Shown in pieces: positions 53,312-64,000 of a stretch of DNA of 64,000 nucleotides. Below the pieces are notes generated by a model that saw only the letters and a list, made by a program, of their open reading frames with translations, did no database searches and was not told the origin of the DNA. The translations under genes were made by a program, and so were the position numbers. Positions within the stretch are counted from its first letter, which is position 1. Every line of letters starts with the position of its first letter. Origin of the DNA: Hyphochytrium catenoides (lineage: Eukaryota > Protista > Hyphochytriomycota); assembly GCA_900088475.1 (NCBI GenBank), contig FLMG01000335.1, positions 62,001 through 126,000 of the forward strand, given 5' to 3'.

Positions 53312-54093
53312 TGTGTCAGAAAGTTATACTGTTCCCATGAGGCGGCACAGACTTATCGGTTTCAAGGGGTCAATACACCGGTCTCCTCCACCTTGGACTC
53401 CTCCGCCTTCTGATACTTCTTTCGGCCACCTCCTCTCAAGACCACTACCTTCTCACTTCGCTCTCGCCTTCTCGCGCCGTCGGCGATGTGTCTCTGCCCA
53501 TCTAGGAGACAGACCATCAGAAGAATGCTTTCATCAGCTGAAGGATATGTCAAGGAGGAGGTAGCCACACAGCAAAGCCGGAGTCAACATAGCACCTGTC
53601 AAAACGCAATCACTCCTCGAACCTATTCCCCCAGGTGTCCCACAGGCCTAATTACCCAAGCAAATACTTTGTCTCACACCCATTCCTTCTCCGACTGTAT
53701 CAACCTGGTCAACACTTGTGTCTCTCTCTCTCCCTTGCTTCATCTTCCTCTGTCGTCGCCACAGTCATCATCTGCCTGTGTCCTTCAGCACAACCGTCCA
53801 GCCCAATCAAGAGACATCCTCAGACGAAGAAACAGGACCAGAAAGTTTGGCTTGACTTACGCTCTCTGCTAGACAAGGCAAGGGCAAGGGCTGCCCCTTA
53901 GAGCACATCAGTCACACGCCAGTTGGACTTGCTGCGTCGCGAGCTCATCCCGGTCACGATTTATGACGAAGGGGAACCGTCGGAAGACACCGGGCAAGAG
54001 TCTGTCTTGAGCTTTCCCTAACACGCCCCTTCAATAGGCCTACTAGGGAGAGGCGAAGTGGGTGTTGGTGTTGCAAGGGACTGCTCTCTAAGC

Positions 54094-54964
54094 ATGTCGA
54101 GTCTTCCCGTGCAGAAGCTGGTCACTCTAGCCGTCAAGACAGTGACGAAGCCCGTGGCCAAGGCCGTGGCTGCACGAGCCAAGGAGACTCCGACCTTGCG
54201 AAATGTCTGTGTGGCCCTAGGCAACTTTTCCAACTGGTTCACGATTAGAGTCAACGTCTGGTATAGTAATGGCAAAGTGAAAGAGGTAGGGTGACTAGCT
54301 CCCATCACTCGCATTTTCCTGATATCCTATCTGCTTTGTGAGTCTGCTTTTTGGTCGTGCTACCGTCGGGTGTGAGCTTTACAGTTGGCCGAGCTCAGCA
54401 CAGCTGGCTTGGGCCCAATCTCGATGTCACACGCGCACGGATACTGGGGTTAAAGCCAGAAGACCAAAGCTTTCTTTCGACTAACGTCCCTACTTTGCAG
54501 ATAAAAAGGCTGGAGGAGAGTAAAGCGGTGGAGAAGGGCTCCGAGGTGCTAAGTGAGAGCATTATCTTTACAGTCAGTGCCGCTCTCATCATCTTCGAGG
54601 TGGATAGACAGAATAAGAAGTCTGCAAAGGAGAAGGCTCTAGTAGCCGAGAAGCAGAAGCAACTCCATCTGGTGATCATTGCACACTCCCGTTTATTCCA
54701 CCATCTATGAGCCCTCCGTCTCTTGATCTGGACGTCTCTTCATGTGGACTTCGCAACTCTTGATTCTCTCTCGCTCTGTCGGACTAATGTTTGTCTTTGC
54801 GTCTATCCCTGGACTATGTTCGAAATGACTAGGAGCTGGAGGATAGATTTGCAAGGATGGAAGAAACTCTCAAAGGGTTGCAGAGTGAAGACCAGCTTCT
54901 AAGAAGCAAGGTGGAGAGGACCATCGTGGACGTTACATCCGAGCTTCAAAAATTCAGCAGCTAA
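54094..54964 (+). CDS. OPA3: Optic atrophy 3 family mitochondrial protein, 3 exons
   Basis: LPVQKLVTLAVKTVTKPVAK...LRNVCVALG...|IKRLEESKAVEKGSEVLSESIIFTVSAALIIFEV followed by a coiled coil; stop at 54962-54964. Confidence 0.93.
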
Positions 54965-55448
54965 GAGTAGGAAGCCCAGCGATCAGCTAGCTGCTGTATA
55001 TTTATTAATCTGGTGAATTCAGAAGTAAGACGAAGGTCAAAGAAATGAACCAGGAGCAGACAGGTAAAGCCAGGGGAAGCCGGGAACAGAAGAAGAGCAG
55101 TAGTCTAAGAATTTGCTACGCCTGGCCACGCGAACAGTCCAGATCACCTTGTAGCTAACTCAGTGCTTGGGGTGATAGTAGCTCTGATAAGGCGTAGATC
55201 ATAAGCCAATCGTCAGATAGAACCTGGTTATTTCCCTGAAGCCTTTTCTCTTTCCTCCATCTCCCGCTTTCTTTGTTCATGGAGGGCCCTGGTTACGGAC
55301 TCAGGTCGGTCCGATCCAAAGTATTGATGTCGGTCCTTGCCTAAAGGGTTTGAATAAAGGGTTTGATGCGATTAGGAATCAATTCGTCACTTGCCAAGAA
55401 AACTATGCTGGCAATTTGCGTCCCGGCTTACCTAGCATATAGTACGGG

Positions 55449-55944
55449 ATGCCCGTGACTGTGAGCAAGAAGGCTAAACCTACAACAGTCTGCAAGATGT
55501 GGAGGGTAAGAAGCCATCTTCCTCATGAGTTGAGAGCTAACGGCGCCTTGATACCTTAGTTTTATCCCCGCCCGGCACCCGCTGAAGGAGTGAGTAGAGA
55601 ACCATGACTTTGGATGAGCGTGATCTCCGGTGCCACGGAACTACCGTGAATTTGTATTTTGCACAACCCGCTCCCTTGACTTTCTATGGTCAAGCGCTAG
55701 ACTGTGCCAGCCGGTTGTGTTATGTAGGCGAGAACTAGCTAGAGCCTTGGCTAGAGCGGTGAGTCTGATAGAGGACAAGATAGAGCGATCATTGCAGGAG
55801 TGGCTCCTGAAGAAGGCATTGGCCCATGGCGGTCCGATAATAGCAGCAGAGCTTCTCTCTCAATTACCAAAGGTCCCAATGGCGGTGCTGGTTGAGGAGA
55901 GTGATGATGTGATGAAGACAACGAAGGCACTGCCGTCGTCTTGA
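55449..55944 (+). CDS. Possible small hypothetical spliced gene
   Basis: MPVTVSKKAKPTTVCKMW then GTAAG; a later exon after TGTAG reads RELARALARAVSLIEDKIERSLQEWLLKKAL. No recognisable family. Confidence 0.3.
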
Positions 55945-56886
55945 TAATTGTGCATTGCGCTTCAGCATAGAACCATAGGCGGTAGGCTGAGTGTTGTTGG
56001 TGTGATGCCTTCTTATAAATGATAACCTTAAAACCATCATTTCTTGGTTACCAGCCATCTGGTTATCAGCATTAGACTAGTAATCCCGCTGTAAGTCATC
56101 TGTTAGTTATGATGTTACAGGGTGGATAGTTCTACTTGTTGTACTTGTACTTGCAGTTTACCTTGGGTGCGGCGGGCGTTACAGACTCATTTCCTAATCT
56201 CACCTGCCTTTGGACCTACTATGAGCCTCCCTCGTCAGCGCGCAGGGGGAGAGGAGCAGCAGCTCCACATTAGGCTTCTCTCCGCTGCCAGTCGACAAAC
56301 TCATGATTGTACTATGAAAAAGCCTGACACAGGAGAAAGGCGATGGAAGTGCTCCAGGGATGGGGTGAGACAGGCCATCCTTGTACACCAAGAAGAGTTG
56401 CCGCGTTTGTGAGATCCTTTATCGTGGCCACACTGGAAAGCAGATGGGAAGCAGATGGGGCTGTTTGTGGCACCTCTTCCTGCCAGGAAGAGCGAATAAA
56501 CAACGTATTTACCCTTTATTTTTTTGATTACAGGGCAGACGCATTTCTTGGACTCCTTGAAACACCAGTGTGCTGCCGGTAGAACGATCACCGTTTGGGT
56601 TAGACACTGAACTCCTGCGCATCATTGAACTGCCTAGTGTCATGTTGTCCAAGCATGATTATTGCCTTGACCTTCCACAGTGTACCATTTGAGATCAAGC
56701 TTCAAGTTTGTACCCAAAGCGCACACTCCGTGAACACTATGAGAAGGCGCACGGAGCAGTCTTTGAAAGTATAGGTGACAGAATTCATTGAGCAGAAAAG
56801 CTGAGCAGTCTACGCTCCCAGGCGTATGGCGGCTATGCTCTGATGTGAGTGTGCCGGGATCATAGGTGTAAGATATTAGCAGCCCA

Positions 56887-59800
56887 ATGGGGGTTGACAG
56901 AAAACCCTCCAAAAGGAGGCTCGAACCTGTAAGACTGAAGCGGTCTGAGCAGTCGGAGCATTCACCCAAAGATAAAAGCAAGAAGTCCTTCAGACAAGTC
57001 TCTAATGGCTCCGAACTTGAGAGTTCTATCAAAGGGGGACACCATCTTCTTCGCACAGCCATGGATGTAGGGGCTGCCAATGAGTCTGGTTGTGCTTTGA
57101 CTGGGCCATCGGCTGATCTGGTAGCAGAAGGAGGGCGGACTACATCTAGCCGTCCTAGCAGAAGAAGCACCGTGAAACCCACCCAAGCTAGGGTGGGCAG
57201 TACGAAGAGAGTCAGTCCAGAGCGAGAGCGAGGTGGCAGCGTTAGACCCTCGCTGAGGGCGGGAAGTTCAGTGAGTGCTACCAGTGAAGGCAACCATGAA
57301 GCTGAAAGGGAGTCGCTAAAGAAATCCGCGAAGAGATTAGAACGAAAGCCGTCCTCTGCTGTGAGTGAGACTGGTTTTAAACGCCCTTCTTTACAAAGTA
57401 CTGCCTCTACTGTCACCGTGGCTTCTATCATACAACGGCGATCAATCGAGAGAAAGAGGGTGCAGCAGGCCAAGAAGCACCCCCCTGCTATTGAGGAAGG
57501 GGAGTCCATTATAGAGGGTAAGCAGACAGACAGCAACTTCGTGGCAGCATTTCTCGCTCCTCGCCATCCATTCTCGCGCTGCTTAACCTTTCTTGGCTTG
57601 CGCCCCCTGGCTGTGAGTCATTTTGTGGTTTATACCTTCTTACGCCTACCTCTACAGCACACGCGCTGCCTTCCTGTCCTGCAATCTACGTTGTGCTCAT
57701 GCTACACCTTATCCTTCGACTAACTGCTGTATCTAGCTGCCGAGAAGCAAGCAAGTATCCCCCGGGCACGTGTGGTACCACAGTGGAAAGTCTCGCTGCA
57801 TCGCTTGATCAATAAGAAGCCCCTAGTTCCTCTTCCTCCTGCCGGACATCCAGCCGAGAACCTCCTTCACGAGCTCCGATGTAAGCTGTTAGCGGAGAGA
57901 GAGTAGACCAGCAACAGCCAACTGGAGCAGCCACCGCTGAGGACATTGTGTCACATCATAGCGGACTAACACTTTACCCTTCCCTCAATTCGCGACAGTG
58001 GACAATGATGACATGGTACGAATGCGATGGGCCTTCGAAGATATCGACGTCGAGTAAGGCATAGGACGTCCTTCACTAGTCTCTCTTCCATCACTCAACT
58101 TTACATGCCTTCTGATTCACCTCTGTACTCCTTCACCCTCGTCAGTCTCTCCTACTCCTCTGACACCATCCAGGCTTGGGTACTCTAAGGGCACTCACTC
58201 TCTGCGAGGAGCTCTTCTCCCCCTCCTTATAATTCTTTGGGCTCTCAGTGAGTGGGCTGTACCTGACGCACTTCCGTCCTTCGCTTATCCTTAGCTTCAG
58301 ATGCTACGTTACGGGTACCGAGCTCCTCGCAGCCATAGGGCGAAGCCCAAGTGAGTTTTACTCTCTAACGATTCGGAGAATTTGTAAGTACAAAGCGGCT
58401 GGTTTCGCTCAAGGTTCCGATGGCCGGGAGCGTCGTAGGGACAGTGGTTACCAATGTGCGGCAGTAGCGTGACACCAACAAAAGCCCAAGCTTCAAGAAA
58501 ACTTCTTTCAGACTGTTGACTGCGCTCTGTTGTTCTTCGCACAGTGGGCAGAGAGAAAGAGATCATGGACTTTAATGACTTTTTACACTTTGTTTGCTTC
58601 TACTGCAAGCTCTCAAAGCTGGAGATCACTCGATGTAAGTAGCGCCTTCTGAGCTATTAGGTGTCCTTCAATACGGAGGGGGCACCACCCTCTTCCTAAG
58701 TTAATTTTGACGCCGTTGACGATGATCTCGCGCTTACTGCCATGCCTGACTGTTTTTCTGGGTGCAAGTCTGCTTCAACCTCTTTGATGACGATGGTAAT
58801 GGCACTCTCGATGAGGTGAGACCCAAGCAGATTCTTTGTCATGCAAATTGACTACATACTCTTCTGCAGTCTTCTTTACCGATTTTATTGAACCCCGCTG
58901 ACCTTGGTGCCTGTACCCTGCTGCTTCCTTTCCATCATCTTCAGAAAGAGTTCATGTGCCTATCTAAGCTGGTCAATGAGTCCAATCCAGACTTTGAATT
59001 TCCTGGGAACTTCAAGACGGCTTTAAACAATTTTGACAGGTGAACGCAGAGAGACAATGGAAAGGATGAATAGTAACGACATGCCGAGACGGAGGGAACA
59101 AATGAGCGAGCATTAAGTCGGATGCGATTAGCGCACGACAAAGCCTGAGTGGCCCTTCCGGGCTTTTTACCTCTGGGCTCCTTTGCGGCTTCTGTACCAT
59201 TTGTCCAACCTGCTCCTAGGGCTGTGGAGATCTGTTGTCTCCCTGCAGCTGCACTCCCTTATCGTAACATTTCTTGGCCACCGTTCGTCGGCATAATCAC
59301 TAATTATCTGCGGTTCGACTAATTATCTGCGGTTCGTTAAGGAACTCTGATGGCGTGATCGACTTCGAAGAGTTCAAGTTTATGAATTATCGGTTCAACC
59401 TAGTCTTTCATCCTTTGTATGAACTCCAAGACCTGCTGCAGACTCTCACCTTAGGTAAGCGTCGCGACTTCTTCTCTAGTTTGTTTCCACCTTTCCACTT
59501 CGGGGTTCCCGCACTTCCAGGGCAGTTGTATTGCGTCGGTCTCCTTGACGTCCTCTAAATTTTGTCTAAGTCCTCCCAACCTGAGTGCTCTCTTTTGTTC
59601 TGTTCCTTTACTCTCTCTGGTGGTGCTTTCTCTTGTTCTGTTCATTTGCGCCTTTCCACTTGCACTCTTCATCTGTCAGGAGCGCTAAGTGGCTTTCCCC
59701 GTTCTCTTTTGACTCGTATACGTGGTGCAGGGGAAGGTCGTTGGCTGGCAATAGCGGAAAAGAACTTTCTCTACCACCAGCTGGACACATACCGCCTCAG

Positions 59801-59933
59801 CCACAACAACACCCTGCCCTCTCTAACCTTCATGCAGCGCGTTTCCGCCTTCTTCTCTCGCGGCGATATCTACGCCGACTATCTGGCTGATGCGCAAGAG
59901 AGAGAGAGAAGAAGAAGGGGCAGCGTCAACTAG
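56887..59933 (+). CDS. EF-hand (calcineurin-B/calmodulin-like) protein with long basic Ser-rich N-terminus, multi-exon
   Basis: Exons encode MRWAFEDIDV, MDFNDFLHFVCFYC, CFNLFDDDGNGTLDE|KEF, FD|..NSDGVIDFEEFKFMNYRFNLVFHPLYELQDLLQTLTLG|EGRW. Confidence 0.82.
59299..59336. repeat. Tandem duplication, 2 x 19 bp (intronic)
   Basis: ACTAATTATCTGCGGTTCG occurs twice, immediately before the TTAAG acceptor. Confidence 0.95.
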
Positions 59934-61892
59934 GCGCTGCAGGAAAGAGCAGGTGTATCACTTTCTGTTATTTACAAACATGCCTATTCTCCAGAACGGC
60001 CATCATACGCACATACAAAGTATAGTCCCCTGAGGTTGGGCAGCAGTAAAGAAAATATAAATAGACTTTCAATCTATTGATGCTGGCGCCGGATAATCAC
60101 AGCGCATGGACAGCTGACTAACCTCCTGATGGACAGCATGCTTTCCTAGATATATACGACACCGGGGACCCCTAGGGCTCGGGATGGCTGAGCCTTTCAC
60201 ACATATTCGTTCATTAGTCTCATTGGTTATTTGAGCCGGTAGTAGTAGGATGATGAGTTGAATGGAGCTTTCTCTTTCTCGTACACGAAGGAAAGAAGAA
60301 ATGGAGAAGGAGAAATGTTCAGCAACCGCGGAACGGAGCTGATAACAGAAGACGACAACACCGGACAAACGCCGGAGAGAAAGTTAATTTCTTACTCTCA
60401 TTAGGCTCATGCGAAGTTGATACAATGGCGATGACGCAGGGACATGCAGTGTAGACAGTAAGGACAAGACCACTTGCCACAATGGAGTTTTCACACGGAT
60501 TTGGGGACAAACAGAGCCCTCGCATACAACGTTCAAGTTCGGGGGTGGCCGCCTAAGCAAGATCACATAGAGAGGTATGCAACGAGCTGGAGAGCACGAC
60601 CTCTACGTCACTGTTCATGCTACGCTTGTTACAGCAAACCCGTTGCCTCGTGCACCGAAACCTAACCTTATAGCTACGAGTTCCCCAATCAAGCTTTCTG
60701 AGTTGCGGCTTTTGTCTAGTAATGATTCTCCCAGGTTAGACCTTGACTGTGGTCATCCCTTGTTAACGCTGGTGATCAAACCCTCAGCCGCTGTGAAGCA
60801 AGTAGTAGTCCGAAGAGAAGATTACATCTTCTTTGCACGGAGCAATGGCATTTTCTTGCTTCGAGTGATCAACGGAAAACCCTAAGCTCTCATTCTGCCC
60901 TGCAGCGCCTGGCCGTGAGTCTTGGTATCACATAGGAGCTCCGGCATAAGCTGTCAGGCCAGATAATTGAAACCAGACAAGGAGAGCACGGTCGTTTGCA
61001 CCCAGCTAGAGTTTAGTCCTTTTAGGTCACTTGATGACAGTAGGTAGTAATGACCCTGCTGCGCACGCTAAGGACTTTCCAAGACACTCCCTTTTGGACC
61101 CGGCCGAATGCGATAGGTGGCTCGTACATAGAAGAGGGAACACAGAAAAGGAGAGACCACCGTAGTCGTAGCTCCGCTCTTGCCTGTCACTCTTTTGTGT
61201 TGTTCTATGACTCCATCCATCAAATGACCATCTAGACTTTGAGGGCTGCGGATTCTGTCTCTTGCTTTTCGGAGTTACAGGATCTGCCACTGGATCCGTG
61301 GAAGAGATGGTTCTCAAAGGGGGGAGAACTCCTATACCGTCAGCTGCCCAGAAAACACCTCAAGCGACGACACAGTCCATCTACACCCAACATTCAAAGA
61401 TTAAGGGTTGCCAGGGGCCAGGGAGAGCAACAGAGACATGATGTGGAACTAGTGTAGGTTATGGTTAGGACCTCAATGATTAGCTGTCTTTGTAATGACG
61501 ATGCCCAAAGGCAGACTGGACGTATACAGCTAATAAGAGACACAAGGTATAGATGGGGAGCGTGATACTCTACCACGTAGTCTCCCTATCACCGCAAAAT
61601 CTGCCCCTGTGTTTGGACCCTTACTCCTAAGGTACATACGATAACCAATGGAGCCAACCCACCAGACTTTACACCTTTGAGTCCCCCAGTATAGCAGAGC
61701 AGAGTCTCTGTTTCGCTGATACTAGAAACACCGGTGAACTTCGTTTATAGGTAGGGAGGATACTATGCAGCTGTGGGCGCACAAAGGCAGTGGCACCTTA
61801 ACATCTTAACTCGCCAGGGCGATGCGAAGTTTGCTATCGCTTACGGCTGCAAAAACTGGAGCTCTTTCACCCCACCGTTTCTCCTCTTTGTC

Positions 61893-63790
61893 CTACTTTG
61901 ATCCATCGACAGAGAAGGAGATTCCATGACCGCATCGACTGCATCTAACGCCTCCAGCCTCCTTACTGCCGCAGTTGCTGCACTGAATGTAGTTGAACGG
62001 CCCAATCGTTTGAAGAATGTTCAGAGCTAGGGATGAAAGGACAGGAAAGGAAACTGTCCCCTCCGCCAACTCTATCAGAAGGTCCAACCCATGATAGAGC
62101 AGTCTCCTGCTGTTCTTCTCATGCCCCACTACTGCGTTCATAAGGGTTGCAAGAGAAGCCTCTAACAGTTCTTCCGCTTTCTGTGATAATNNNNNNNNNN
62201 NNNNNNNNNNNNNNNNNNNNNNNNNNNNNAGAACGATCTTAAAGTTCCAAAGGCAACACAGAAAATGCCAGTTAGTTTGATTAGCGACCCGATCGTCGAC
62301 GAGCGGCGGGAAGGTAAATTGGTAAAGTGAGAGAAGACGATGGCAACCCCTCTCTATACCTTAATACTCTTGCTTAGTACTGATGTTGCTGGCCATTCTT
62401 ACCTTTTTTTCGTCCTGGTATAGAACGGTCATTTCTATAAGAGCTTCCAGCCCATTCGCCCGTAGCAGTCGTCGCTATGGGAGGGTTTTGAGTTAGTCGA
62501 GAAACATCAGCGCAAGATTTACAAGCGACAGAGAACATGAAAAGAAATAGTAATTGTTTTTAACTGACATAAAAGCATAAATGGAGGAGAAGTGAAGTGA
62601 GAGAGCCACAGTGGTTGGGTTCCTGCCATCACTCATACAAACATTATGCTGGTGGTATGCTGGTGCAGACAATTGAAGAAGACGGATAGGACCTCAAACG
62701 AGGCGCAACAAAGCAGGCAGTCGGAGTAACCTGTGCTGTATCATCTTGGCAGAGGAGCTCGGCCAGTGCCTCTATCGCGTACGCCACTACTGCTTTGTTG
62801 TCTGTCTGGCAAAGTGCCAGCAGGCTTTCAGGCGTGGCTTCGCCCTGTTTCTCCTGCAATTGGCAAAGTAACGTGTCAAGATAAAGGGCGAGAAGAATAA
62901 CACCAAATTCAATGCTACCTATGTCTATGGGACTAGAAGCACAGAGACCGAGCTAAACTCTACCATGTAATGTCCAAACAACAAGAAAGAACGTGTCTAC
63001 CTGCAGACCCTTCGCACTAGTAAGGTCCGACAAGACGGAAAGGACCTCCATTGCGTACTTCCTGACCGCCTCTTCCTGACTTTTCTGCAGACCAACGAGG
63101 ACCTCAATTCCATCACAAGCGACTATCTTCCTCTTGTTTTGATCTTGTACAGCTAGATTGAGAAGAGCGAGAAGTGCGAACTCTGCCTCCCCTTTTTCTT
63201 CCTCTTTCTGCACAGTGAGCTCGTCTTCAACCTGCGCATTGGTCCCTTTCTGTTCACGTCTCAATGTTGAAAGAAGTGCTTCTATCAGACCCATGTTGGC
63301 TAAGAGGGCAGCGTTCCCATCATCGTATGCCGCTGCTGCTATGGCCCTTATGCTGTGTACCCTTAGCTTCCTACTCAGCGTCTCATAGGGACGGACACGT
63401 AGAGACAGCAATTGCGAGCTAGATGGGATCGTGGGGGCTTCAGACCCGTGGACAGCTAAAGAAGCGCGGTGGTCCATAGAAGGATTGACCTTAGCTCCGC
63501 AAAGCGTAGCTAGACCCTCCAGTGCTCCTGGTATCGCTTTTAACGCTTTCCTATTCTCCTCGTTGTAGAAAAGAGCGTTGGCAAGGAGAATGGTTGCGTT
63601 TTCCTGAGCTTCCTCCCACCCTCTCTCTTCAGAATCAAACACGAAAGCAAGAATTTTAGGAAGAAAGATCCCTATCCTCTCCTGATTCTCGGTACTCCAG
63701 GCGAGATTAGATAATGCCCACAGTGCTGTGGTCACCATCTCCTTATCATTCTGAGCAGTCATGGACATCAGGCCCGAGACGGCGCCCTAC
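61893..63790 (-). CDS. Armadillo-repeat protein with C-terminal CxxC...CxxC zinc ribbon; 5' end probably outside the window
   Basis: ARM repeats ALWALSNLAWSTENQERI, ALLALLNLAVQDQNKRKIVACDGIEVLVGL, AIEALAELL, LATLMNAVVGHEKN; C-terminus CSNCGSKEAGGVRCSRCGH. Confidence 0.85.
62191..62229. other. Assembly gap (N run)
   Basis: Run of N. Confidence 0.99.
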
Positions 63791-64000
63791 ATAATGCCAT
63801 GCGGAACAGTGATCAGCTAACGCATAATACGAAGTCGAGGGGATGACGAGGAATAGAATTCAGACGCACTGTGAGTTCCAAGTACCGCATAAAAGCCCAC
63901 CGCGGACGTAAGTAAACATTGAGGACACGAATAGTGTACGAAAGCCGGTGCTGGACAAGAGAAAGTGTGCACATCTCGTGAACTACCCAGGTAGCTAAAG

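Noticed and set aside
56640-57536. 298-aa minus-strand ORF
   Set aside because: Antisense to the Ser/Arg-rich first exon of the EF-hand gene.
60069-61576. Scattered 60-100 aa ORFs on both strands
   Set aside because: They could not be assembled into a gene and have no recognisable domain.

Overview
Gene-dense (~49% GC) eukaryotic nuclear DNA with short GT-AG introns and the standard genetic code. It most likely comes from a flagellated stramenopile-type protist, inferred from the outer-arm axonemal dynein and the plant/Mg-type ALAD. Genes in order: 5' part of an organellar Obg GTPase (-), proteasome lid subunit RPN6/PSMD11 (+), HYPK (-), a small OCIA-like membrane protein (+), an alpha/beta-hydrolase (+), an RCC1-repeat protein (-), CCDC43 (-), a ~4510-aa outer-arm dynein beta heavy chain (+), an ankyrin-repeat protein (-), a class I SAM methyltransferase (+), a spliced 99-aa microprotein missed by the ORF track (-), an ELM2-motif ORF (+), an SLC25A39/40-like carrier (-), porphobilinogen synthase (+), a PH/coiled-coil/Pro-rich protein (-), OPA3 (+), an EF-hand protein (+) and the 3' part of an ARM-repeat/Zn-ribbon protein (-). 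I saw no tRNA, rRNA, CRISPR array or recognisable transposon. The best novelty candidate is the RCC1 gene. Once spliced, it appears to join a Cbl-TKB-like EF-hand module, an RCC1 propeller and a C-terminal BC/SOCS-box-like motif, which would make it a possible undescribed cullin-ligase substrate receptor. All exon structures were inferred by eye and no database searches were run.
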